This document shows positions 27,572 through 35,260 of a DNA stretch of 64,000 bases, in pieces. Source of the stretch: a virus (Duplodnaviria > Caudoviricetes); IMG/VR virus record IMGVR_UViG_3300027804_002812, positions 1-64,000 of that record. The stretch is one strand, 5' to 3'. A program made the translations under genes and the position numbers. The notes under the pieces are model-generated. The model did not search any database. It was not told the origin of the DNA and saw nothing but the letters and a program-made list of their open reading frames with translations. Position 1 is the stretch's first letter, and each line of letters opens with the position of its first letter.

Positions 27572-27607
27572 AGTCCTTATCTGAAAATTATAACTCAGAT
27601 AAGGACT
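27572..27607. other. Perfect 13-bp inverted repeat with 10-nt loop
   Basis: agtccttatctga-aaattataac-tcagataaggact in the gap after the fibre stop; no U-tract on the coding strand. Confidence 0.7.
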
Positions 27608-27615
27608 TAATTGTA

Positions 27616-30600
27616 TTATTTTTTTATTATATTTTTTAGTTCATCGATTTGAACTTGTTGTTCTTTAACACATTCTATTAAAAGTGCTACAATTCTATCA
27701 TATTTAACCGCTAAATAACCGTTTTCTCTTCTTTTAACAATTTCAGGTAGTACTTTTTCAACTTCTTGTGCAATTACCCCAATATCGTGACCTTCATTTT
27801 CGTGTATTCCTTCCATAGGAATCCAATCATATTCATATCCACCAATTTGAGATATTTTTGTAATTGGATTAACAATTGGTGTAACATTTTCTTTTAATCT
27901 ACTATCGGAACTGTAAAATGCAATAACATCGTTTGTCGCTCTAATTAAACCAGTAGTAGTTGGTGTTGCAGTTCCTACACCAAGTGCTCCGTTGATATAT
28001 GCCGTTGTACCGTCAAATGTAAAGTTAACCTCTCCATTAATAGTCCCAGCAGTTCCTGTTGCGGTTAGAACATAATTGTTTGTATTATTGTTAATTGTTC
28101 CTAAACCTGAACTACCACTTGATCCTGATGTTCCACTAGATCCTGAGGTACCATTTGTCCCTGATGAACCACTAGATCCTGAAGTACCTGATGAACCACT
28201 TGACCCTGAAGTACCTGATGATCCACTAGATCCAGATGTACCACTAGATCCTGAGGTACCATTTGTCCCTGATGAACCACTAGATCCTGAAGTACCTGAA
28301 GAACCACTAGAACCTGAGGTACCTGATGAACCACTAGATCCTGATGTTCCACTAGACCCTGAAGTTCCGTTTGTTCCTGAAGTTCCATTTGTACCTGATG
28401 AACCAGACGTTCCTGATGAACCAGACGTTCCACTAGACCCAGATGTTCCTGATGAACCACTAGATCCTGATGTTCCACTAGACCCTGAAGTACCTGAAGT
28501 TCCGTCTGTTCCTGATGAACCACTTGTTCCAGATGAACCAGATGTTCCTGATGAACCAGACGTTCCACTAGACCCAGATGTTCCTGATGAACCACTAGAA
28601 CCTGATGTTCCACTAGACCCTGAAGTACCTGAAGTTCCATCTGTTCCAGATGAACCACTTGTTCCAGATGAACCGCTTGACCCTGAAGTACCTGAAGAAC
28701 CACTAGAACCTGAGGTACCTGATGAACCACTAGACCCAGAAGTACCACTAGATCCTGATGTACCATCTGTACCTGAGGAACCACTAGAACCAGATGTTCC
28801 ACTAGAACCAGATGTTCCACTAGAACCAGATGTTCCACTAGAACCAGATGTTCCACTAGAACCAGATGTTCCACTAGATCCGGAAGTTCCAGAAGTTCCA
28901 TCTGTTCCTGAAGAACCTGACGTTCCTGATGAACCTGACGTTCCTGATGAACCTGACGTTCCACTAGATCCTGAAGTTCCTGAAGTTCCACTTGTACCTG
29001 ATGTTCCTGAAGTTCCACTTGTACCACTTGTACCTGAAGTTCCACTTGTACCACTAGTCCCTGAAGTACCACTAGTCCCTGAAGTACCACTTGTTCCGGA
29101 AGTTCCACTTGTACCACTTGTACCATCTGTACCACTTGTACCATCTGTACCACTTGTGCCATCTGTACCACTTGTTCCTGATGTACCACTTGTTCCTGAT
29201 GTACCACTTGTTCCTGAAGTTCCACTTGTTCCTGAAGTTCCGCTTGTTCCACTAGTTCCAGATGTTCCACTAGTTCCAGATGTTCCATCAGTTCCACTTG
29301 TTCCTGAAGTTCCAGATGTTCCACTAGTTCCAGATGTTCCACTAGTTCCTGAGGTTCCACTAGTTCCTGAGGTTCCTGAGGTACCTGATGTTCCACTAGT
29401 TCCTGATGTTCCATCAGTTCCTGAAGTTCCACTTGTTCCTGATGTACCACTAGTCCCTGAGGTTCCTGATGTACCAGAAGTACCACTTGTCCCTGACGTA
29501 CCGTCAGTTCCTGATGAACCTGAAGATCCAGACGTACCATTTACAATACCCAACGTGGTCTGTGCGTAGGAGTAATGTATTGAACCTTCAGTTGCTAAGG
29601 TAACTGTTCCTGTGACACTTCCTGTGTTTGTTGCTCGTACCTTAACAAGTATTTGGTCTGAAACTGTAATCGTATATCCAGTTTGGAATGCATCGGAAAT
29701 TTCCATTATAAACGTCGGTGAATCCGATAGTATTGGTGTCGGGTCTGATGCGAATAAAAACGTTTCGGTACCTCCACTTGTTCTTTTATACACCTCACAG
29801 AATATGTCAAAAGATGTACTAACACTTGATTTATAACTATGTAAGAAGAATTGCCATATTCCAGCAGGAATTGCAGTAACACCCGGAAAACCTGTATCTG
29901 TTAAAAATGACTGTATTGTATCTGTTCCACCAGATGCAATTGATGGCGACGTTATAGTTTGTTCACCTGTATCCGTTGGAATAATCGAAAACTCTTTATA
30001 TGGCCCTGACGTAATTGACTCATTGAAATAGTATATTGCTCCTCCCGAGACTCCATTTACTCCTGATGTTCCACTCGTACCTGATGTACCAGACGTTCCA
30101 CTAGTCCCTGAAGTACCACTTGTTCCATCAGTTCCACTAGTCCCTGAAGTACCACTAGTTCCGGAAGTTCCGCTAGTACCCGATGTACCACTAGTCCCAC
30201 TAGTTCCTGATGTTCCACTAGTCCCTGAAGTACCGCTTGTTCCATCAGTTCCTGAGGTTCCACTTGTTCCTGATGTACCACTAGTTCCTGAGGTTCCTGA
30301 GGTACCTGATGTTCCACTAGTTCCTGATGTTCCACTAGTCCCTGAAGTACCGCTTGTTCCATCAGTTCCTGATGTTCCACTAGTTCCTGATGTTCCACTA
30401 GTTCCTGATGTTCCACTAGTTCCTGATGTTCCACTAGTTCCTGATGTTCCACTAGTCCCTGAAGTGCCACTTGTTCCATCAGTACCACTAGTTCCTGATG
30501 TACCACTAGTTCCTGATGTTCCACTAGTTCCCGATGTACCGCTAGTACCACTAGTCCCAGATGTTCCATCAGTACCACTAGTTCCTGATGTACCACTAGT

Positions 30601-32736
30601 TCCTGATGTTCCACTAGTTCCCGATGTTCCACTAGTTCCAGATGTTCCACTAGTTCCAGATGTACCGCTTGTTCCATCAGTTCCACTTGTTCCTGATGTT
30701 CCGCTAGTACCTGAAGTTCCTGATGTACCATCAGTTCCACTAGTTCCTGATGTTCCGCTAGTACCTGAAGTACCACTAGTACCCGATGTTCCACTAGTAC
30801 CTGAAGTACCACTTGTTCCTGAAGTGCCACTAGTTCCTGAAGTACCATCTGTCCCACTTGTTCCTGAAGTTCCACTTGTACCTGATGTTCCTGAAGTTCC
30901 ACTCGTACCTGATGTTCCAGACGTACCACTTGTGCCACTTGTTCCTGAAGTACCACTTGTACCACTTGTTCCTGAAGTTCCACTTGTTCCTGATGTTCCA
31001 CTTGTTCCTGAAGTTCCACTTGTACCACTTGTACCATCTGTACCACTTGTACCATCTGTACCACTTGTACCATCTGTACCACTTGTACCATCTGTACCAC
31101 TTGTTCCTGAAGTCCCACTTGTTCCTGAAGTCCCACTTGTTCCTGAAGTCCCACTTGTTCCAGATGTACCACTTGTTCCAGATGTACCATCTGTACCACT
31201 AGTCCCTGAAGTACCACTTGTTCCTGATGTACCACTTGTTCCTGATGTACCACTTGTTCCTGAAGTTCCACTTGTTCCTGAAGTTCCGCTTGTTCCAGAT
31301 GTACCATCTGTACCACTAGTTCCTGAAGTACCACTAGTCCCTGAAGTACCACTAGTCCCTGAAGTACCACTTGTTCCTGAAGTTCCACTTGTTCCTGAAG
31401 TTCCACTTGTTCCTGAAGTTCCACTTGTTCCAGATGTACCATCAGTTCCACTTGTCCCAGATGTACCCGAAGTACCACTTGTACCTGATGTTCCACTTGT
31501 ACCTGACGTACCACTTGTCCCTGATGTACCACTCGTACCTGATGTTCCGCTTGTCCCATCCGTACCTGATGTGCCACTAGTACCTGATGTGCCACTAGTT
31601 CCTGATGTGCCACTTGTTCCAGAAGTACCTGATGTACCACTAGTGCCTGATGTTCCACTAGTGCCTGATGTACCATCAGTTCCTGAAGTACCATTTGTTC
31701 CTGAGGTTCCATTCGTACCCGATGTTCCATCTGTACCACTAGACCCTGAAGTACCACTAGATCCTGAGGTACCACTTGTTCCAGATGTTCCTGAAGTACC
31801 GCTAGTCCCTGATGTACCACTAGTACCATTTGTTCCTGAGGTTCCATCCGTACCCGATGTTCCATCTGTGCCACTAGACCCTGAAGTACCACTAGATCCT
31901 GAAGTTCCGCTAGTACCTGAAGTTCCTGATGTCCCACTTGTTCCCGATGTTCCATCAGTTCCAGATGTTCCGTTAGTACCTGAGGTACCATTTGTTCCTG
32001 AAGTACCATTTGTTCCACTAGACCCTGAAGTACCACTAGATCCTGAAGTTCCGCTAGTACCTGAAGTTCCTGATGTCCCACTTGTTCCTGATGTTCCATC
32101 AGTTCCAGAAGTACCATTTGTACCAGCAGACCCTGAAGTACCAGATTGGCCTATAATGTTAAAAATAAATTGTGTATTCGCAGGAATTGAACCCGCACCA
32201 CCAGCAGCAACTTGAAATACTTCGTAATCTTCATAATTAGGATAAGTTGGTGAAACTGCCGTAATTCTTAATAATTTGAAAAATGATGGATTGTCTACTC
32301 TAACTAATTTGATTGTAGTACCAACAGTTAATGTATTTAATAAACTCGAAAAATCTTGCGCAGGACTAAACGCAGTATCACTTATTGTAATTCCTGTTGT
32401 AGTCAATGAAAAATCGTCACCAGTATTTAGTGCAAAGTATCCTGTACCAGGATTTGACATAACAGTAGACCCTGTAAACCTCCAAACGGCAATATTACCT
32501 TCTAATCCGGATGTTCCTGATGACCCACTTGAACCTGATGACCCACTTGACCCCGAAGACCCACTTGAACCTGACGTACCACTTGTACCCCCTGAAATGC
32601 TTGCAGTTAAGGATGAAAAAGCTATTTGACCTGAGGTTCCTGAGGTTCCTCCCGTAAAATTTGTAACAATATATAGTCTATCATTCGAGGTCGCGGCGGA
32701 GACTATAGGTAAATCAGTTATTCTAGTGTTTGACAT
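27616..32736 (-). CDS. Gly-Thr-Ser (Gly-X-Y) repeat tail-fibre-like protein with C-terminal peptidase S74 intramolecular chaperone
   Basis: Two long arrays with Gly at every third residue, three non-repeat domains, C-terminal SSDSRLKENV...DIGVIAQEVEKVLPEIV...LAVKYDRIVALLIECVKE. Confidence 0.85.
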   Translation of the reverse strand: MSNTRITDLPIVSAATSNDRLYIVTNFTGGTSGTSGQIAFSSLTASISGGTSGTSGSSGSSGSSGSSGSSGSSGTSGLEGNIAVWRFTGSTVMSNPGTGYFALNTGDDFSLTTTGITISDTAFSPAQDFSSLLNTLTVGTTIKLVRVDNPSFFKLLRITAVSPTYPNYEDYEVFQVAAGGAGSIPANTQFIFNIIGQSGTSGSAGTNGTSGTDGTSGTSGTSGTSGTSGTSGSSGTSGSSGTNGTSGTNGTSGTNGTSGTDGTSGTSGTSGTSGTSGTSGSSGTSGSSGTDGTSGTDGTSGTNGTSGTSGTSGTSGTSGTSGTSGSSGTSGSSGTDGTSGTNGTSGTNGTSGTDGTSGTSGTSGTSGTSGTSGTSGTSGTSGTSGTSGTSGTDGTSGTSGTSGTSGTSGTSGTSGTSGTSGTSGTSGTSGTDGTSGTSGTSGTSGTSGTSGTSGTSGTSGTSGTSGTSGTSGTSGTDGTSGTSGTSGTSGTSGTSGTSGTSGTSGTSGTSGTSGTDGTSGTSGTSGTSGTSGTSGTSGTSGTSGTSGTDGTSGTDGTSGTDGTSGTDGTSGTSGTSGTSGTSGTSGTSGTSGTSGTSGTSGTSGTSGTSGTSGTSGTSGTSGTSGTSGTDGTSGTSGTSGTSGTSGTSGTSGTSGTSGTSGTSGTSGTDGTSGTSGTSGTSGTSGTDGTSGTSGTSGTSGTSGTSGTSGTSGTSGTSGTSGTDGTSGTSGTSGTSGTSGTSGTSGTSGTSGTDGTSGTSGTSGTSGTSGTSGTSGTSGTSGTSGTSGTSGTDGTSGTSGTSGTSGTSGTSGTSGTSGTSGTSGTSGTSGTDGTSGTSGTSGTSGTSGTSGTSGTSGTSGTSGTSGTSGTDGTSGTSGTSGTSGTSGTSGTSGVNGVSGGAIYYFNESITSGPYKEFSIIPTDTGEQTITSPSIASGGTDTIQSFLTDTGFPGVTAIPAGIWQFFLHSYKSSVSTSFDIFCEVYKRTSGGTETFLFASDPTPILSDSPTFIMEISDAFQTGYTITVSDQILVKVRATNTGSVTGTVTLATEGSIHYSYAQTTLGIVNGTSGSSGSSGTDGTSGTSGTSGTSGTSGTSGTSGTSGTSGTDGTSGTSGTSGTSGTSGTSGTSGTSGTSGTSGTSGTSGTSGTDGTSGTSGTSGTSGTSGTSGTSGTSGTSGTSGTSGTSGTSGTDGTSGTDGTSGTDGTSGTSGTSGTSGTSGTSGTSGTSGTSGTSGTSGTSGTSGTSGTSGTSGTSGSSGTSGSSGTSGSSGTSGSSGTDGTSGTSGSSGTSGSSGTSGSSGTSGSSGTSGSSGTSGSSGSSGTDGTSGSSGTSGSSGSSGTSGSSGSSGTSGSSGSSGTSGSSGTDGTSGTSGSSGTSGSSGSSGTSGSSGTSGSSGTSGSSGTSGSSGTDGTSGTSGSSGTSGSSGSSGTSGSSGTSGSSGTSGSSGTNGTSGTNGTSGSSGTSGSSGSSGTSGSSGSSGTSGSSGSSGTNGTSGSSGTSGSSGSSGTSGSSGSSGTSGSSGSSGTNGTSGSSGTSGSSGSSGLGTINNNTNNYVLTATGTAGTINGEVNFTFDGTTAYINGALGVGTATPTTTGLIRATNDVIAFYSSDSRLKENVTPIVNPITKISQIGGYEYDWIPMEGIHENEGHDIGVIAQEVEKVLPEIVKRRENGYLAVKYDRIVALLIECVKEQQVQIDELKNIIKK
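28106..29545 (-). repeat. GTS/GSS/GTD/GTN triplet array 2 (9/18-bp coding repeats, about 160 triplets)
   Basis: Direct reading of degenerate gttcctgaa/gtaccacta-type units; boundaries approximate. Confidence 0.9.
30058..32148 (-). repeat. GTS/GTD/GTN triplet array 1 (about 230 triplets)
   Basis: Direct reading; includes a 144-bp higher-order duplication near 31871-32088; boundaries approximate. Confidence 0.9.
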
Positions 32737-32740
32737 AACT

Positions 32741-32748
32741 TATAAATA
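32741..32748 (-). promoter_or_regulatory. TATTTATA motif (candidate phage late promoter element)
   Basis: 4 nt upstream of the fibre ATG; same motif and orientation before four other genes outside the replication cassette. Confidence 0.45.
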
Positions 32749-32795
32749 TTTTTCTATATTATTTTTTTCTCTATATATCATTTTATTTTTTCGGT

Positions 32796-33128
32796 CTATA
32801 GAGGAACGCCTCCCGATGACTGTACAACCAAATTGTTACCACTTTGAGTCATTATGATAATTCCATTTTGAGTTATAATGAAATCTCCAAATACACAAGT
32901 CAATACCTTAAACACCTGACAATTGTTGGCATCGACCATTTTCAACAAAATTTCAGGTGCAGTTTGAAATATTGGTGGAATTACTGTGTTATATTCTATA
33001 TTTGGAGGTACCGGACCAGAGTTTATTGTCCCCAAAAAAGTCTCATAGTTTCCGTAAACATCCGATATGAATACATTAATTGGGTATGTCCCTCCCGATA
33101 TTTCCGTAACTACTACCTGATTACTCAT
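32796..33128 (-). CDS. Small hypothetical structural protein
   Basis: MSNQVVVTEISGGTYPINV...; ATGA overlap with the upstream gene at 33125-33128. Confidence 0.65.
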   Translation of the reverse strand: MSNQVVVTEISGGTYPINVFISDVYGNYETFLGTINSGPVPPNIEYNTVIPPIFQTAPEILLKMVDANNCQVFKVLTCVFGDFIITQNGIIIMTQSGNNLVVQSSGGVPL

Positions 33129-35260
33129 GTTAAACAAATTATATTATAGTCTATAACTAGATCGATAACGATTTCTTCTCCTTCCAAAGAAGTATTATTT
33201 CTACTTGTTTCGATAGTTATTTGATTATTTAGTTGGTCTATTATAACATTACCCACACCAGGTATACCCAATAATAAAGTACGAATTGTATCATACCATT
33301 GATTATCAGTAGGTACTTGGACTAATGATGTTGATGTAAAGAAATTTTGAGTTGCAACTATCCCCGATGGATTTACCGAAACTTTTGCAGTAAATGTTGC
33401 ACTTATTAAATCACAACTTGTATTTCCTGAGGTTAAATCAAAAAATCCTTCATTCAACATTTGTAATAATCCAAATTTAGTTGGAGATTGAATGTTAAAT
33501 ACTTCAGCTCCCATGACATAAGTTTGATAGGAGGTAGAATTCGTATTACAAGTTATGGTCGTATTTCTTGTTAATGAACATCCATTTGCATCCACCACAG
33601 TCAAAGAATAAGTACCTGCCGTCAAACCACTAACTTGAATTTGTTGTGGTTCGTTTGGTACATTATCAGACCAATTGAAACTAAATGGTGGTTCGCCTGA
33701 AGTAATGAATGCCGTGATTTTCCCACTTGACCCACTACCACAAGAAGTACTATATAATGAATAATTTAATGATTGGCTACTTGGTACTAATATGTTTGTA
33801 GTTTGAATACATCCATCCGCATCGGTTACGGTAATAACATGAGTACCTGACGATAAATTATTGAATGTTACCGCAGTTAAGTTTGTATCAATTACATTTT
33901 GGATTCCATCTACAGAGTAATCCAAAGGTAAAGTTGCACCTGTTGTTGTTAAAATTGTTACAGAACCGTTATTTTGATTACAACTAGTTCCTACAACCTG
34001 TGTTGAAATTGTAAATTTGTTTTGAGCAACTAAAGTTACCTCCTCTAAAAAAGAACATCCTGTATTGTCAGATACACCCACAGTGTAAGTACCCCCACTT
34101 AAATTTCCAAATATTTGAGTAGTTTGAGAATTACTAATATTCAGTTGATTCCCTGTCGGATAAATTAATGTATAAGTATATGGTGAAGTTCCTCCAACCA
34201 AATTAACAGTAATTGAACCGTTAGTACTAGAACAAGTTGAATTTTGTCCTTGAACACTAACACTTGTTATCCCACCCGGAGTTTCAAGTGTTGTACCTGC
34301 GAACATTTGACATAGTCCTGCGTCTGTAACTTGGAAGTTATATTGACCAGCAGATAATGATGAAATTGTAAACGTTCTTGAATAGGAAACTAAAACGTCT
34401 CCTGTAGAGGCTGAATAGTAAAAGGGTGCTGTTCCACCTGTGATGGTCATATTGATGACCCCATTTGATTGGAGACAAGTTGGTGCAGTCGATGTAAATA
34501 TTCCAAGACCGACCGGACTTACGTTGGTTATTGTCGCCGATTTAGATAAAATACATCCGTAAGCATCGGTAACTTCAACAGAGTATGTACCCGAAGTTAA
34601 TCCTGTAATCGTACTACCTGTCTGTGCATTACTCCATAGATAACTGTATGGTGCTTGTCCAGTTTGACCTGTTACAAAAATTTTACCTATTGGACTTCCA
34701 CCACAACTTGAATTTGGCACAACATATAAACCAAAATCCAAAGGCTCCGATTCTTCAACTATAAATGTCTGAGTAAAAGCAGTGCATCCACCTAAATCTG
34801 TAACTCCCAAATAATAAGTTCCCGCACTCAATTGACCAAAAACCGCTTCATTTGTGTTTGTAGATGCTGAGGTAAGATAATTGTTATTTATATCATACAA
34901 TGAAAAGTTTGTTGATGAATATAACGAAGTTGATGAACCTGTAACCGATCCATTATTAACTCCACAAGTTGTATTTTGTACTGCGACAATCGAACCACAA
35001 ACTCCACTTGACACTGGAATGTTTAGTAGAAACTCATTGTTAGTTGGTAAACTACTATCATTTACCCTAACTTGATAAACATTACTTGCCAACCCAACTA
35101 AAGATGCTGGCTGAATTGTTATAGTTTGAGGGGCGTAAGATGGATTAAGGAACTGTACTGTGTATGGAGGTGTCCCCGCACTAACGAATAAATTGAAAGC
35201 TCCTGAATTATTATTGGAACAATCACCAGTTACCGTTATGTTATAATTTAATGCTGCCAT
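33125..35260 (-). CDS. SprB-repeat-containing protein (putative tail or virion adhesin)
   Basis: Repeated C-x(3-4)-NG-x-I...GGTxPYxYxWS...LxxGxYxVxVTDxxGC units. Confidence 0.78.
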   Translation of the reverse strand: MAALNYNITVTGDCSNNNSGAFNLFVSAGTPPYTVQFLNPSYAPQTITIQPASLVGLASNVYQVRVNDSSLPTNNEFLLNIPVSSGVCGSIVAVQNTTCGVNNGSVTGSSTSLYSSTNFSLYDINNNYLTSASTNTNEAVFGQLSAGTYYLGVTDLGGCTAFTQTFIVEESEPLDFGLYVVPNSSCGGSPIGKIFVTGQTGQAPYSYLWSNAQTGSTITGLTSGTYSVEVTDAYGCILSKSATITNVSPVGLGIFTSTAPTCLQSNGVINMTITGGTAPFYYSASTGDVLVSYSRTFTISSLSAGQYNFQVTDAGLCQMFAGTTLETPGGITSVSVQGQNSTCSSTNGSITVNLVGGTSPYTYTLIYPTGNQLNISNSQTTQIFGNLSGGTYTVGVSDNTGCSFLEEVTLVAQNKFTISTQVVGTSCNQNNGSVTILTTTGATLPLDYSVDGIQNVIDTNLTAVTFNNLSSGTHVITVTDADGCIQTTNILVPSSQSLNYSLYSTSCGSGSSGKITAFITSGEPPFSFNWSDNVPNEPQQIQVSGLTAGTYSLTVVDANGCSLTRNTTITCNTNSTSYQTYVMGAEVFNIQSPTKFGLLQMLNEGFFDLTSGNTSCDLISATFTAKVSVNPSGIVATQNFFTSTSLVQVPTDNQWYDTIRTLLLGIPGVGNVIIDQLNNQITIETSRNNTSLEGEEIVIDLVIDYNIICLT

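Noticed and set aside
28106-32148. Possible CRISPR array or non-coding tandem repeat
   Set aside because: No constant repeat with unique spacers; variation is mostly synonymous in one frame; no cas genes.
28076-32215. Long alternative-frame ORFs over the repeats (28076..29569 +, 28101..29540 -, 30057..32117 -, 30464..32215 +, 30858..31202 +, 31371..31580 +)
   Set aside because: Shadows of the stop-poor 9/18-bp coding repeats (VPL/VPE or VEL/QEQ periodicity); only the GTS frame links to real domains.
27616-32736. InaZ-type ice-nucleation protein
   Set aside because: No AGYGSTxT octapeptide; the period is 3 residues and the C-terminus is an S74 chaperone.
27616-32736. Targets of the general Bacteroidota O-glycosylation motif D-(S/T)-(A/I/L/V/M/T), or collagen hydroxylysine glycosylation
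   Set aside because: Repeats contain D-G-T, not D-S/T, and no Lys, so neither known system fits.
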